A stretch of 64,000 nucleotides of DNA from Bilabrum cf. latius (lineage: Eukaryota): positions 1,488,001 through 1,552,000 of the forward strand of contig OZ237735.1 in assembly GCA_965178125.1 (NCBI GenBank). Reading direction: 5' to 3'. Both the position numbers and the translations under genes were made by a program. Positions 11,101-23,151 of this stretch are shown in pieces. Numbering within the stretch: the first letter of the stretch is position 1; each line of letters starts with the position of its first letter. The notes beneath the pieces are model-generated. The model was not told where the DNA came from and did not search any database. It saw only the letters and a program-made list of their open reading frames with translations.

Positions 11101-13670
11101 CCCAAGCTGCTGCCCCATGGCCTGCAAGAGAGCCTCATCACGCTTGCTAAAGGCCACCACGTCCGCGCCCTGAGCCGCCACGCTGTCCGCCCTGTCCCGT
11201 GCATCGATGACAGACACCTTCCTGGACCGCGGGCCCTCCGACCCGGCCCTGCTGCGGGCCCTCATCCTCCCGCTGCTCACGGAGGCGCCACGCGCTCGAG
11301 GCGATCTCGGGAGCGGTGACCTAGCACCGGAACCGCGAGAGGGGGAACCCCCTCCGTTCTCGATCTCGTGCGCGCGGGCTACCACCTTGAAGTGAGGCAC
11401 GTCTTCCCCGAGCTCTGCCCGTGCCTTCGCCAGGGCCTGCGTCCCGATCCGCATGGACATGGTGCCGCGGGACCTGCTGTGCATCACCATGCGGGCCCTC
11501 TGCGCCCGCTCCCTCACCCTTGCGTCGATTTCGTCCTCCTTGTCCTGCTCCTGGGCCGACGTAGTCCGCGCCCGCGCGCCGCCTGCCGCATCCAGCTCGA
11601 TGTCATCCATGTCGATGTCATCGTCATCAAAGTCAGGGTCGCCCTCCCTGTACATCTTGTTCATGAGCTGCAGCACCGCCACCACCTTGTCCTGACCAGG
11701 GTACCGGATGGGCACCACCAGCGTGCTCTAGGACTTGAACTTGGACTGCTTGTCAAATGCGGGGTTAAAGCGAGGGTCGTTGTACACGTTGGCGATGTTC
11801 TCCATCACACCCCTTTGCGCCACGCTGCCAGCGATGCCAGATATGGGCATCTTCGCCTCGCGCAGGTCGGAGGACACCTTGAGGATCATCTGCTGCTTCT
11901 CGTGGTCGATGATGAAGAGGCCGACCCGGCGGCACTTGAACAGGTTGTACGCGGTGTAAACCATCCTCTCGATGACGTCGTCCACGCTCAGCTCGGGGGA
12001 GAAGCAGCTCACCACGGCTTGCATCTCGGACAGGCCACCGGCTCGCATGACCAGTCGCTGGAACTGCCTGACGTGCCTCGTCAGCGGCCTCGCGTCGGGC
12101 GACTCGGCGGACACCATCTTGTCCTGCTGCCGCACTGCGCTGATGAGCAGCCCTTTGACGCTGAATGCCACTGTGGTGAACAGGTTCTTGGTGACCTTGA
12201 TCAGCCGGGCCGGCGAGTCCGCCACGATGGTGGCGCCTCTGGGCTTGTCCAGCAGTAGTGACCTCTCACCGAAGAAATCGCCCGCCGTGTAGTGCCTGAC
12301 AAGCTTGCCGTGCCTCTTGCGCTTCCAGCCGTCGGCTCCCAGGCCCTTTTCCTCGCGACCCACGAAGGCGTCAGAGTCACCGTCGCCGGTGGACGACTCG
12401 GACTTGCCAGAGCCGCTGTGCCGCGTGTCGGCCGGTCCTCCTGCGCCCACGGCCGCAGGAGCCATCCCTAGTCGCCTGGATGAAGACGAGGACGAGGAAG
12501 AGGAAGGAGCCGGGGCCATCTTCGAGGAAGACCTCGGCTCCGGCAGGTACACGGAGAGGTCACCCTTCTCAACGATAAACATGCCGTCTGAGGGGTCCCC
12601 CGCCTTGGTGACGATCCCACCCGCCTCGAACTCGACCAGCGTGCACGCCGACACGAGAGCCTAAAAGTGGGGCTCCTTGAGGCGGTGAAACAGGGGCACG
12701 GCCCGGAGGAAATCGGCGAGCCGCTCGGATGCCATGGTGAGCGAGGCACGCCTCTCCCTGCGCCCCTTGGCCCTCAGCCTGCTCCTGCTGCGAGACTTCC
12801 TGGTCGGCTCGAGCCAGGACGCGCGCTTCCTGCGGTCCTTAAGGGCGTTCTGTATCTCAGCCTCAAGATCTTCGGGCGATGCAGACGTGTGTGCCTTGTC
12901 TCTGCGGCGAACGAGTCGGCTGCTGTTGCTCCGCTGCAGTGAGTGGCTCCCAGACCTAGGCCTGCCTTCCATTTCCCCGCTCACCACGCTCCCCGCAGGC
13001 GACCCGCGCGAGGTCGGAGTGCTCGCCCCCTCAGACGCCTGGGGCAGCAGCGGCCCGCTCCGTCCCGCCCTCGGCGAGCCCGGCGAGCCGCTGCGCCCGA
13101 GTCCGCCAAACGACCCCTGCCTGCGAATGCCCGACAGCTGCTTCCGGAGCTAGAGCGTGTCTGAAGGCCGCCGCATCTTGCTGACTGCCTTCATGAAGCT
13201 GTGGCCAGTGTCGTTGCGGCCGACCGCCGCGCTGCGCGACCGCGATAGCTGCTTTTTGGGCTCCCTCGCAGGTGACCGGCTCGCGGGCGCCGCCACTGGA
13301 GACTCGGCCGCCCGCTCCCGCTGCACCTTCCTTCGCTCCTCGTCGCCCCCGTCCGTCGATCGTCGGCGCGCAGCAGTGTCCATCGCGATTCTCCGCAGGT
13401 CGTGCTTGCCGGAGGAACCCCCTGAAGGCGGCCCGCTGCCATGCCCGAAGGAGGGGATCTGCCGGCCGGGCCCGAGCAGCGGACTACTCTCGCCCTGCGC
13501 AGAGCTGTACGGCGTGTGCGGCGCGATCCCGATCGCATCGGCGTGCAGAGGGCTCTCCTCGTCATCATCCCAGTCTGATTTGGCCCAGCGCCCGGGCCCG
13601 CTCCCCCTCGCACCGTCGCTGTCTACCTCGCTCTCGCCCAGCTTGGATTCCTCGCTGGGTCCCTCGGGTC

Positions 13671-13703
<33 letters not shown>

Positions 13704-15873
13704 GCTGCTGCTGCTGCGCCCTGAGAGGGCCCCCGCCATCTCTCTCGCCGCCTTCGTCCTCGTCGTCGTCATCCCGGAACACGCGGCCTTGCAGCGTGGG
13801 CGACACGAGCGCAGCGCTCGCCAGACTCGGCGACACGCTGCGAGACACGTCGACCCCGCGCCTGCCACCACCACCCTGACCCAGCCCGAGGTCTTCGTCC
13901 CTCGACACCTGTTTGACGGGACCGGCGGTGTACGCCGCCGAGTTCCCGTCTGAATCAAGCGGGGCCTTACTGCTCCCATTCGAAGAGGCTGCCTTGATGC
14001 TCGGGGGCCGCCTAGCGCGATACCCGCCCTCATCGGCAGCTGCACTCGCGGCAGGTACAGAGCCTTCATTCGCCCGTCTGTCGGCCGGGATGGTTTCAGC
14101 AGTGGGGGCTGCCTACATGGGCGGCGCTTCGCCCTTGCTGCCGCCCTTGTCGGCACCAGTCGGCTCGCCCCTACCCAGCTGGCGAGAGTCAACGATGCTC
14201 TGAAGCCTCCTAACCTCGGCGCGTGCGGCCTTGAGGGTCTGCTGCAGCTTCGAATTGATGTCCCTGAGCTTCTTGTTCTCCGCTCCCAGCGCTGCGTTCT
14301 CGCTCCGGAGATTCTCCTCCGCGTCCCCGTTGTCGCTGTCTCTTGCCGTTGGGGTGTGCAGCGCCTCCGAGCCGGGGGCTTGGCCAGGCGGACCACCCGG
14401 CCCAGAGGCAAGCTTCGCCTCTGCCGCGCGCCGCGCGCCCCTTTCCACGTCCAAGGCCTGCTCCAGCGCCGCCAGCTTGCGAAGGAGCTCCTGCTCCCTC
14501 TCCGTCTCACCTGCTCCAGCGCCTGACTGCTGCTGCTGCTGCTGCTCCCTTGTCTCCTCCCGCGAGGAGGAGCTAAAGGGCCCTACGTGGCCGGGTGCAC
14601 CCGAGGAGCGGAGCGAGAAGGACCTGTACGTGTTCCCCAGGAGGGTCTCGGGGGACTCGGAGCCGGAAACGCTCCCAACCAGAGCTGCCGGTGGTGGTGG
14701 TAGCGGCAGCTCTGCAGCGTAGGTAGGGCCGGGGCCCGCCCCCGTGGACGAAGAGCCGGCGTAGTCTGCAGCAAAGCTCGTGCCCGACATGGCCGTGTCG
14801 CCGGTGGCGACGGGGTGCGGGGCATGCGGAGGGTAGCCGATACCGTTGATGGTCGGTGATGACCCGCCCCTGGAGCGTCTCAGGAGCACCACCCCGTTGC
14901 CTGGGGCTGCTACCTCAGCGCTGCTCTGCCTGCTCGTGCGCAGGCTGTTACCGCCTTGGCTCTGGGCAGTGACCGAGGAAACGGACGGCGCAGCCCTCCT
15001 GGGCCTCCTGGGCCCTCCGATCCTCACCGAGGACTCGACCACCTGTCGGGAGTCGGTGGAGGAGTTGGAGCCGTGGCGGGAAAAATTCTCGCCTCCGCTG
15101 TCTTCGCGCGGGTCACCATCCGTGGTGGAGGACACCGTGATGACCATGGACGGCGTGCGGGGCAGGTGGTGCTACTGCTGCTGCTGCTGCTTCTGCTGGT
15201 GCACGGCTGCACTGCCTCGTCCAGCGCTTGGAGGGTGCACTCCATTGGTTCCGCTTGCAGCTGTCGGGCTCACTGATGCCGGGCCAGGGAGCCGCAAAGG
15301 GCTGGCTCTAGCCTCTCTGCTGGCGTCTTGCCCGCTGCTGTGGGTTGCTGCCGCGTGCCCGTTGGACACCCGCGTCAGGGGCGTGAACTGGCTAGAACCC
15401 GATGGAGAGACATGGCCAGCGACCACGTGCATCAATGATCCTCTATCTATACCATGCAAACCACGTGGTGCAACCTGGCTCTGGGGAGAGCCCTGCGGCC
15501 AGGCGGAAACAGGCGAGGCGGAGTGCACCGCTGGTACCGCTGGGATCGACACAGCCGCACTTTCTGACGCGAATCCGGCGCGCGGTCCCGGACCATGCAA
15601 TAAACCGGGGGAATACATGTGCGGCCTTTGGCCGGCGAACGGTAAACCTCCAGGCGTATAACCTCCAGGCAATGCTTCGCGGTGGCCTGCAGCCGTCGTC
15701 CCGCGTCTCAGACCACCGAACGGAAGGCCGTGCGCTGCGCCATTTGATGCAGCAGTGTGATTTAAAACGCCTCCGAGCTTTGCCTTTTCACTCGATGAAA
15801 GCTACAAGCCCTGCGCAAGCAGCTGCTCGAGATGAGGGTCAGCCGCTGTTCCGTTCGCTGTTGGGCCAGACAT
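8140..15873 (-). CDS. Phosphatidylinositol 3-kinase (class I/II-like C2-helical-catalytic core) with N-terminal cNMP-binding and GAF domains, ~2,577 aa, 6 internal TAG
   Basis: Catalytic motifs MSSKKLPL, KNGDDLRQDQL, GIGDRHTDNIM, FHIDFGHFLG; helical domain LLDSQFPDPKVRAYAV, LVQVLKFE; cNMP domain (VPLF...GDPSDGMFIVEKG...GDFFGERSLLLDKPRGATIVA); GAF (GIAGSVA..NIANVYNDPRFNPAFDKQSKFKS*STLVVPI). One frame from ATG 15873 through TAGs 15802, 15172, 14113, 13150, 12661, 11728 to TGA 8140. Confidence 0.9.
13672..13716 (-). repeat. (CAG)n microsatellite encoding poly-Gln in PI3K N-terminal region
   Basis: Plus-strand CTG run with one CCG interruption; translates QQQQRQQQQQQQQQQ. Confidence 0.9.
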
Positions 15874-16177
15874 TTCGCCCAATCAAACAGTAACTCTGAC
15901 AATAATTCGATTTCAGAATACCTTAAACAGGAAGTGAGTAGATGCAGGCTTGAAAGCACCTTCTGGCTGGCTTACAGCTGTGCCGCAAAGCGTGCATCTC
16001 GGCACAGGCCATAAATCTGTATTTTCGACGATTATCCAGTGTGGTTTCGAACCAAGCTGAACTGAACACTACGTTTGCATCCACCACAGTCAAACTCAGC
16101 TGAAGCAGCCTTCGTATTTGCTAGGTTCACTTTTTCCGCGTTGATTGTCGAGGATCGATTCGCTAGGAGCACGAGCA

Positions 16178-18316
16178 ATGCCAGGTGCAGCTCCATGGAA
16201 GACATTTCTGCAGTACTTTCTTGCGGTTCTCCCCGCGATTGGTTATTTTTGCACCGGCGTCACGACAACCTTGGTCTAGCAAGTCATTGTTATGAATGGT
16301 GGCTCTGGAGGCCTGCTTGTTCCATTCTTCAATTACACCGGGATGGCATTCTTAGTTCTTCTGCCAACGCGAGACTCTCGTGGTCCAGGAAATAGTGCTG
16401 GGCAGAAGGGACAGAAGGACGGCATCACCTCACTTAGGCAGGCTATGTAGTTAAACGTATCGGACACCGGCGGGACCGGTGGCAGTGATAGTTACATTGA
16501 GCGCTCGCCCGGAAGCCCCGGCGCGCAGCCAAGCAGATCTCTGGGCAGCACCTTCACTCACAGGAATTCTGCTGCCGCCTCAGGCAATAGTGAGGAGGCT
16601 CAAACACACACATAGTCTCCTGCTTCCACTAGGTCCGACCAGCTCGCTCTTCTCCCAGGGACAGCGAGCAAGACTGCGGCCGGAAAAGCAGCCTCTGCAG
16701 CGGATCCAGCTGGCGTGCTTGGTCATGTCGGTGGTGTGGAAGGGTAGGGCATTGTCGACCAGGAAAGCGACGGGTGCTGCTAGAGTTGCTTTGGGCGCTG
16801 TGGCCTCGCCTGGCTCGTGTGTCGAGCGCAGTCTGCCCTGGCAAGCGTCGGCCGGTCGATCCCCGGCGGCCCCTTTGGTAGGGTCGTGGCGACAGCAATC
16901 GTGTTCGACCTGTGCGGGTTCATCTTTGGGGTCTTTGGGCTGCAGTTGGCTGGCTCGGGCGTGTACCAGGTGGTGCACTCCTCCGTGGTTGTGTTCTCCG
17001 CTCTCTTCAACCTATGGTTCTGCGGGATCGGGATCAACCAAGGCCAGTGGGGCGGCATCTTTATCGTCGCGTTCGGGCTGGCCCTGTCTGCCTTGGGCTC
17101 GATCGGCCACGGGGGCAGAACCCACGCTGGCAGGGCAGAGCGTCACCGCAGTGCGCTGCATGCAGAAATCCGGTAGATGCAGATTTCTGCTGGTGTGGAT
17201 CCCGAGGACCTCGTGGAGGAGACTGTCAGCCACAATATCCCGCAGGCAGCAGGCGACAACCAGCAGCAGCAGCAGGGTGACGACTCCGGCACCCGAGTGA
17301 TTGAGGGTGTGCTGCTGACCTTGCTTGGGTCCGCTCTCATGGCGGCGAACTACGTGCTCATCGAGAGCCTTTCGAGGCACAAGGCGAAGAGCGAGGGTGC
17401 GAGGGGCGGGGGTTCAGGGAGCGGCAGCAGAGCATCGTTGGATCAGGGAGCGGCGGCGGGGTCCAGGGGGTCTGCGGTCCCTAGGCAGCTTAGACCTGCG
17501 GGGGCCAGCGCGCGCGCAGGCACGGATCAGTCTGAGGGAGGTGCCGGGGGTACTGCCGGCGGCGGCGGTGGTGGTGGTGGCACTCTTGCAGGTCCGATCG
17601 ATGGCTAGGACGTGTCCTCCTTCGTGGGCCTGGGATCCGCCTGCGTGCTGGGGCTGTACGTGCTGCTGTTCACGGTGACTCGCTGGGGCACGGTGCACGA
17701 CAAGGCCGTGCGGGAGGCGAGCGGCAACAGCAGGGTGCTGCTGGCGTGCTACATCGCCACAATTGTGCTTGCGCTGGCCCACAACATGATGTACCTGCGG
17801 GTGGTCCAGTCGCTTGGTGCGGTTGCTGTGGGGATCGTGCAATCGATGCGCGCTGTTGGCGTGTTCTTCCTCGCGAGCTACTTCTTCTGCTCGCAGCAGG
17901 AGTCCCAGTGCCTTAACCCAGCCAGGCTGGCAAGCTGCGCTGCGGTGGCTGTGGGCGTGACTCTTTTCGTGGTAGCCAAGGCGAGCGCTGCGCCCGGAGC
18001 AGTTGCTCCGACAGACGGTGCGGTTGGTCGCAAAAGCAGGGGACGGAGCCTTGACGGCGGCATCGCAGCCCTCGAGGCAGGTGCCGGTTCGGGGCTTGCG
18101 ACCAAGCACGTTGGCAGCGGGTCCACCGGTGGATCGCACCTGCGCGACGGCATCGCCTCAAAGGATGGAGCAGGGGAGGCGGTTCGGTTAGAGAGGTCTC
18201 GCTCGAGGGAGGGAAGCGCCACTGCCGCACAGGTGCAGGAGCAGCAGGCGCAGGTCGGCAGGAGGGGGCAGGGCGCAGGTTGGACCGGAGTGCGGATCGA
18301 GCGGCCCTTTGGGTGA
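16178..18316 (+). CDS. Drug/metabolite (DMT/EamA, SLC35-like) multi-pass transporter, ~712 aa, 7 internal TAG
   Basis: About 10 hydrophobic segments (AIGYFCTGVTTTLV*QVIV, PFFNYTGMAFL, GLQLAGSGVYQVVHSSVVVFSAL, QWGGIFIVAFGL, GAVAVGIVQSMRAVGVFFLASYFFC). TAGs at 16277, 16448, 16613, 16745, 16781, 17174, 17606. Ends TGA. Confidence 0.8.
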
Positions 18317-18492
18317 CCTCTCTTGGGTCGTACTATACTTGTTGTTGCACGAACGGAATCTTGCGATTACTCTTGCTTGATTTGTCCTGTCACAAGGTCA
18401 AGGGAGCTTGCTGTTCTGTTTGGTTGTGTGGTCTTCGGCAAGTGCAGTGCACGCCTGCGACAACGGACAAGCGACAAGTTGGAGCCATTACG

Positions 18493-20586
18493 ATGGCAGG
18501 AGACGCTATTCGAGGACCTAGACGATACGACTAGATATTTTATGCATCTGGCAATGCTTGCATGGATCGCTTTGCGGATAAAAGCATACTGTATTTTGAT
18601 CGTAATGCTTGCATGGAACCAGCAGGAATATTTAGCTCCGCCGATGGTACAGGCTACATTAACTTTGAGAAACCAAGCGGCCACCCTAAACTCATTGTAA
18701 CTGTTAACGAGATCCGATAGTACTCGGCTGATGGTGCCTTGACATCAGCTCAACCATTCGAGAAGCACGGGAAGCCGGCTCGGATTCGGCCTATTCATAT
18801 CGATGGACCAGCAGGCTTAAAACTGCACATACGTGGCCGCCGCAACATAGAAGTAACGATACCTGGCATCAAGGTTCCAATCAAGATCGCCGTTCCTCAT
18901 CGGACGAGCTCCAGGTCGAAACAGCGACTCAAAGAGCGAGCAAGGCTCGCAAAGGCAATGGAGCGAGCAGCCGCTGGAGACGATGCCACCCCTGGATCTC
19001 TCGCTCCGTACGTAGTGGTGGACCGCGCAGCGGATGATCCTGGGTTTCACCCCACGTTTGCGGTGCCGCTGCCGAAGTTCTCAGCAGAGGAGCGTCGCCA
19101 GGCAGCTGCTCTGAAACGAGAGCGACGGGAAGCCCTCACATCCCACGGCGCACTCGACACGACTGCCAAACGACTCAAGCACGCGCATGCCCATGGACTA
19201 CAGCTGGATCGCCCGTCTGGCTCTGGAAGAGAGCTGCGAGACGTCGCAGAGGGGCTGCTGCCACTCGCCCGAGAGCGGCGCCATCACGCTGGCACTGGCA
19301 CGTCTGCCACTGCCGGCACCGCCGTGCACGACCCCGAAGATCTTCTGAAGGAAGCTTCGGCCCACATCGGAGCCACGCTACATCCACGAGGCGGCCGCGG
19401 CCGAAGCATGGGCGCCGGCGGGGCCTCATCACGGACCCGCCGGGCGCGGGCACGACGACACGGCCAGGGCAGGGAGCCGGAGATTGCCGGCGTCATCGCG
19501 GCAATGAGTGACGTCACCACCAGGCTCCGGTCCGACGCGCTGGTGTCCGGTGTGACGAGTGCGAAACGGGCCGTTGAGTCCTCCGCCGGAACGGCTGCAT
19601 CCCTGGCAGACGGAAAGACTAGGCGGGCGCGCGCCCTGGAGACCTCTAAGCGGAGGCTGACGGCCGGCCATCGCCTGGAATGCGGAGCCAAAGTGCCGGC
19701 ACGGAGGCCTCCCCGAGAGCTCCCGTCTATCAAAGCATCGGATCTCATGGCCTTTTCCGAGGGCCTCAAGCCGGGCACGCTGCTTGTGGCTGTGCTCGTC
19801 TCGGTGGCACCAGGAGTACCACAGGCGAAGAAAGCCACGGCGCTGGTAGCAGAGTCCATGCAAATCGCGATTCGATGGCAATCCAGAGGCACGACGACCA
19901 AGCTTGGCACTCAAAGATTGTCTCAACCAACGCTTTACGGAAGCACCGCCGTAGGATTGCGAGTTCCGAGCGGTGCAGCCAAATACCCCGATGCTGGCAC
20001 CTCACGGTCCTCGGGCACGTTGCAGTCCGTCGGTCGGGCGAGCATGGGATCGAACGGTGGATTTATGAGCAAGACTTCCGAGGGCAACGGGCCGATGCAG
20101 CGATCGCTGATTCGCGGCGTGCGAACGGCGCTGCACCCGCGCGCGGAGTGCAAAGACGAGCATGAAAGTGCATCTTGGAGCAGGACGTGGGGGAGCGCCG
20201 CGGGAGCTGCATCGCGAGACCGCCTGCGGCAAGGGGGCGGCCGAGTTATTTCCTCGCTAGAGCCGATGCAAGGCGGGACTCGCGCGTCAGTGTCGAGTGA
20301 GCTGCAGGCGTGCTTGGACGGGTTTCGGCAGCAGGCGAAGGCGCGCAAGCATGGGAAGGGTGGTGGCGGGCCGCGCGACAAGTCTCCGTTCGAGTTCGTG
20401 CAATGTCCCGTGGGTGGGGCATCCGGAAGGGCCTTGCTGCAGCAGCTAGGCTTCCGTGCGGCGCCGGTCTTGGTCATCATTCGGCAGGGCAAGGTCCTCT
20501 TCGCGGGCCGTACCTCGTTTGAAGGCAGGGACCTGTGGAGAGCCGAGGCGCTGGCGAGGCAGTGTTTCCATTCCCTGGGTCAATGA
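18493..20586 (+). CDS. FAM194/C3orf20-like protein (N-terminal FAM194-like beta region, C-terminal thioredoxin-like segment), ~697 aa, 2 internal TAG
   Basis: IFYASGNACM..ILYFD..AGIFSSADGTGYINF..YSADG..PIHI resembles the FAM194 pattern; C-terminal LLQQLGFRAAPVLVIIRQGKVLFAG. TAGs at 18532 and 18718. Ends TGA. Family assignment tentative. Confidence 0.55.
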
Positions 20587-20664
20587 CAGCGCTATATGAT
20601 GGTCGTACGATGCATTGGGTTTTGGCATGTGCCGTCAAACAGGCTAGCAAATGTACCGAAGCAA

Positions 20665-23004
20665 TCACTCGTCGTCTTCCTCACCCTCAGCCGCAGCCGC
20701 CTCCGCCGCGAGACGCTCCTCTTCCTCCCTTTGCTTGCGCTCCTCCTCACGCTGCCTGCGCTCGTCCTCCTTTTCCTGTCTCCAGTCTTGCCTCTGCTGC
20801 AGGCGCTCTTTCCTCGCTTCCGCGGCCTCATCCAGCGCAGCGCGGGTCACGAACTCGCCGTTCACGCGCTTGATGTGAGTCCCCACGCGCAGCAGCACCT
20901 CTGTCATGATGCCACTGCCCTCGTCTGCCAGCGGGCACCCCGTGAAATCGACGCTCTCAAGAGCCGGCAGGGCCCGAAGGTAGTACAAGTCCTGTAGCGA
21001 CGCGAGACCTTCATTGCCGGACACATCCAGCGCGGTCAAGTTGCGAAGGCCGGGCACGCTCTCTCCGGTGAAGGCCGGCGTTCGGGCAGCCACGGAGCCC
21101 AGTGGTGCCGCCTCAACCGCTTCTCTTGCTTGCTGTGCTGCTTCGGTGGGTCCTGCCCCCTGCCTCACCAGCGTCGCTGCGCGGCCGAGCAGCCTGGCGG
21201 AGCGGTCGGTCGGCAGCCCGAAGTCCTCCCCGGCCACCTCGTCTTCGGGCGCCTCTTCCTCTTCCGGCTCCTCCCCAGCGCCTTCGTCTCCGTCCTACCC
21301 GTCCTCATCACCATCACCCCCGCCTTGTTCCTCCTTGGCTGCCGCCTCCTCCTTGGCCTTCCGCTGCGCCTCAATCTCCTCGTCGATCCCGGTCACCAAC
21401 GCACGGAGGGATGACAGGCGATTGCTCTGCGCCACCAGCAGCCGCAGTTGGGGGCACTCCCGACTGATGCCTGCCAGCGACGTGATAGCGTTCCTGCCCA
21501 CTAGCAGCTCTCGCAAGGAGGGCAGCCCACCAGGACCTAGCTCCCGCAGCTTCTCTGCCAACCGCTCGTCCTCGCTGGGCGCGGGCAGAGCGCCCCAGAC
21601 GTCCTTCTCCTCGGCCTGAAAGGGCGACCCATCCTCCCCCGGAGAAGGCACCGCATCGCCATCCGCCCCGGCGCCGCCACCCGCAGCGAGTGGATCCAGA
21701 GGGCCCTCCTGCGGCTCCCCGTCGCTGATCCTCGCGATCATCGTATTGGCCTTGCCCATGCGGGTGCCCTCATCGAGCTGGTCGATGGTCACCAGGGAAC
21801 CTTCGTCGGGTCCCTCCACGAGTTCCTCGTCGATCACATCCAGGGCAGCCCGCCGCAGGGCCGACGCCGCCTCCTCATCCTCGGGCTCCTCGTCCTCGCC
21901 AGCGGCGGCGGGAGGCAGCGCCGGCGCCTTGGAGGCACTGAGTGGCGTCGCCAGGTCACGGAGAGTCGTGAGCTTGCATGCAGTCGCTTCCAGCCTCAGC
22001 AGCCTGGGGCAGCACGGCGATGCCAACCCGTGCAGCGACTCGAGGGGGTTGCCGTTCAGGATGAGCTGGCGCAGGGACCAGCTGACGAAAGGGACCGCAG
22101 CTTGTTCCCTGGGATCCACCGGGGGCTCCTCTTCGCCCTCCTTGGCCTCCTCCTCCCCGTCTGCACCGCCTGCGGCGGCGCCATCTTCCTCTCCCTCTCC
22201 CTCGCCGCCGTCGTCGTCCTCCTTGCCCTCGCCCTCTCCCTCGTCGTCTTCCTTGGGAGGTGTGGGCGGCGGCGGGCGCACGGTGGCGCGTCCGTCTAGT
22301 CGCTTCAGGCGGTTGATCGCAACGTTGATTACCTGCAGGAAACGGGCGTGGCTCAGGTCTGGGAGCCCGGCCAGCCGGTTGCCGCTCGCGTCCACTGCCA
22401 GCAGCGACGGCAGCGCGGCCAGCTGCTCAACGCTTGAGAGCCGGTTGTACGCCACGTCTACGTACCGCAGGTGGCGAAATCCCCCCAAAGACCCCCATAC
22501 GCCCCTATCTCTCTTAACTAGGGCGGCCTCTCGCGCCTCGTCTTCCTCGGCGAAGGAGGGCACGGTGGAATCCAGCACCTTCGGCCCGCGCGGATCCGGG
22601 TCGTCAGGTCTCGGCGCGCTCAGAATTGACTCAACCGTGACCGGTTTCTTGCTTGAACCATCATCGTCGTCCTCACCCTCTTGCTCAGTGCCGTCAGCTC
22701 CGCCAGACTTCGGAGGTAACGGGTCCAGCTTGTCGCGAAGCTCCACCAGCTTGCAGCCGGGAAGTCTCAAGGCGGTGAACGCTACGCCATTCCCATCAAG
22801 TGTAGAATCACTGCGAATACGCCCGACTATGAAAATTACTATCGTAGGTTATGCCGTTCTGGAAATTTGCTGGAGCTATACACCGGTGGATGCAAAGAGG
22901 TTGCAAAATGTCAATCGGTGCAAGTGCTCGGCTCACATGTCACCCAATCCTCTTCGAAGGATGTCTGAAGACAAGTAGTTACCAGCAGACTTACTGGCTG
23001 CCAT
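20665..23004 (-). CDS. LRRC23: LRRC23-like axonemal leucine-rich-repeat protein; exons 23004-22937 and 22810-20665; 1 internal TAG
   Basis: N-terminus LRRGLGDIDSTLDGNGVAFTALRL; SDS22-type LRRs (LRYVDVAYNRL, LAVDASGNRL, LRQLILNGNPL, LRELLVGRNAI); LRR cap LRALPALESVDFTGCPL..EVLL..IKRVNGE; acidic coiled tail. TAG 21295. Ends TGA 20665. Confidence 0.7.
22811..22936 (-). other. Spliceosomal intron (126 nt, phase 2) in LRRC23-like gene
   Basis: GAC AT|GTGAGC...TTCGCAG|T GAT restores the frame. Confidence 0.75.
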
Positions 23005-23151
23005 GAGGATACTGCAGTTGGACTGCAATCTCTCCTGAATATCCGCGCTGAGCCGTTGGGGTCCATCTAGCGGTAAGGTGCCATTTCGGGAGGAATACAT
23101 TTTCCGGTACTGTCGTTCTCGTTTTCAAACCACGCCCGCACAACAGGTGCA
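23005..23151. promoter_or_regulatory. Short divergent intergenic region (probable bidirectional promoter) between LRRC23-like and XPB
   Basis: Only 147 bp between two head-to-head ATGs. No specific motif identified. Confidence 0.45.
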
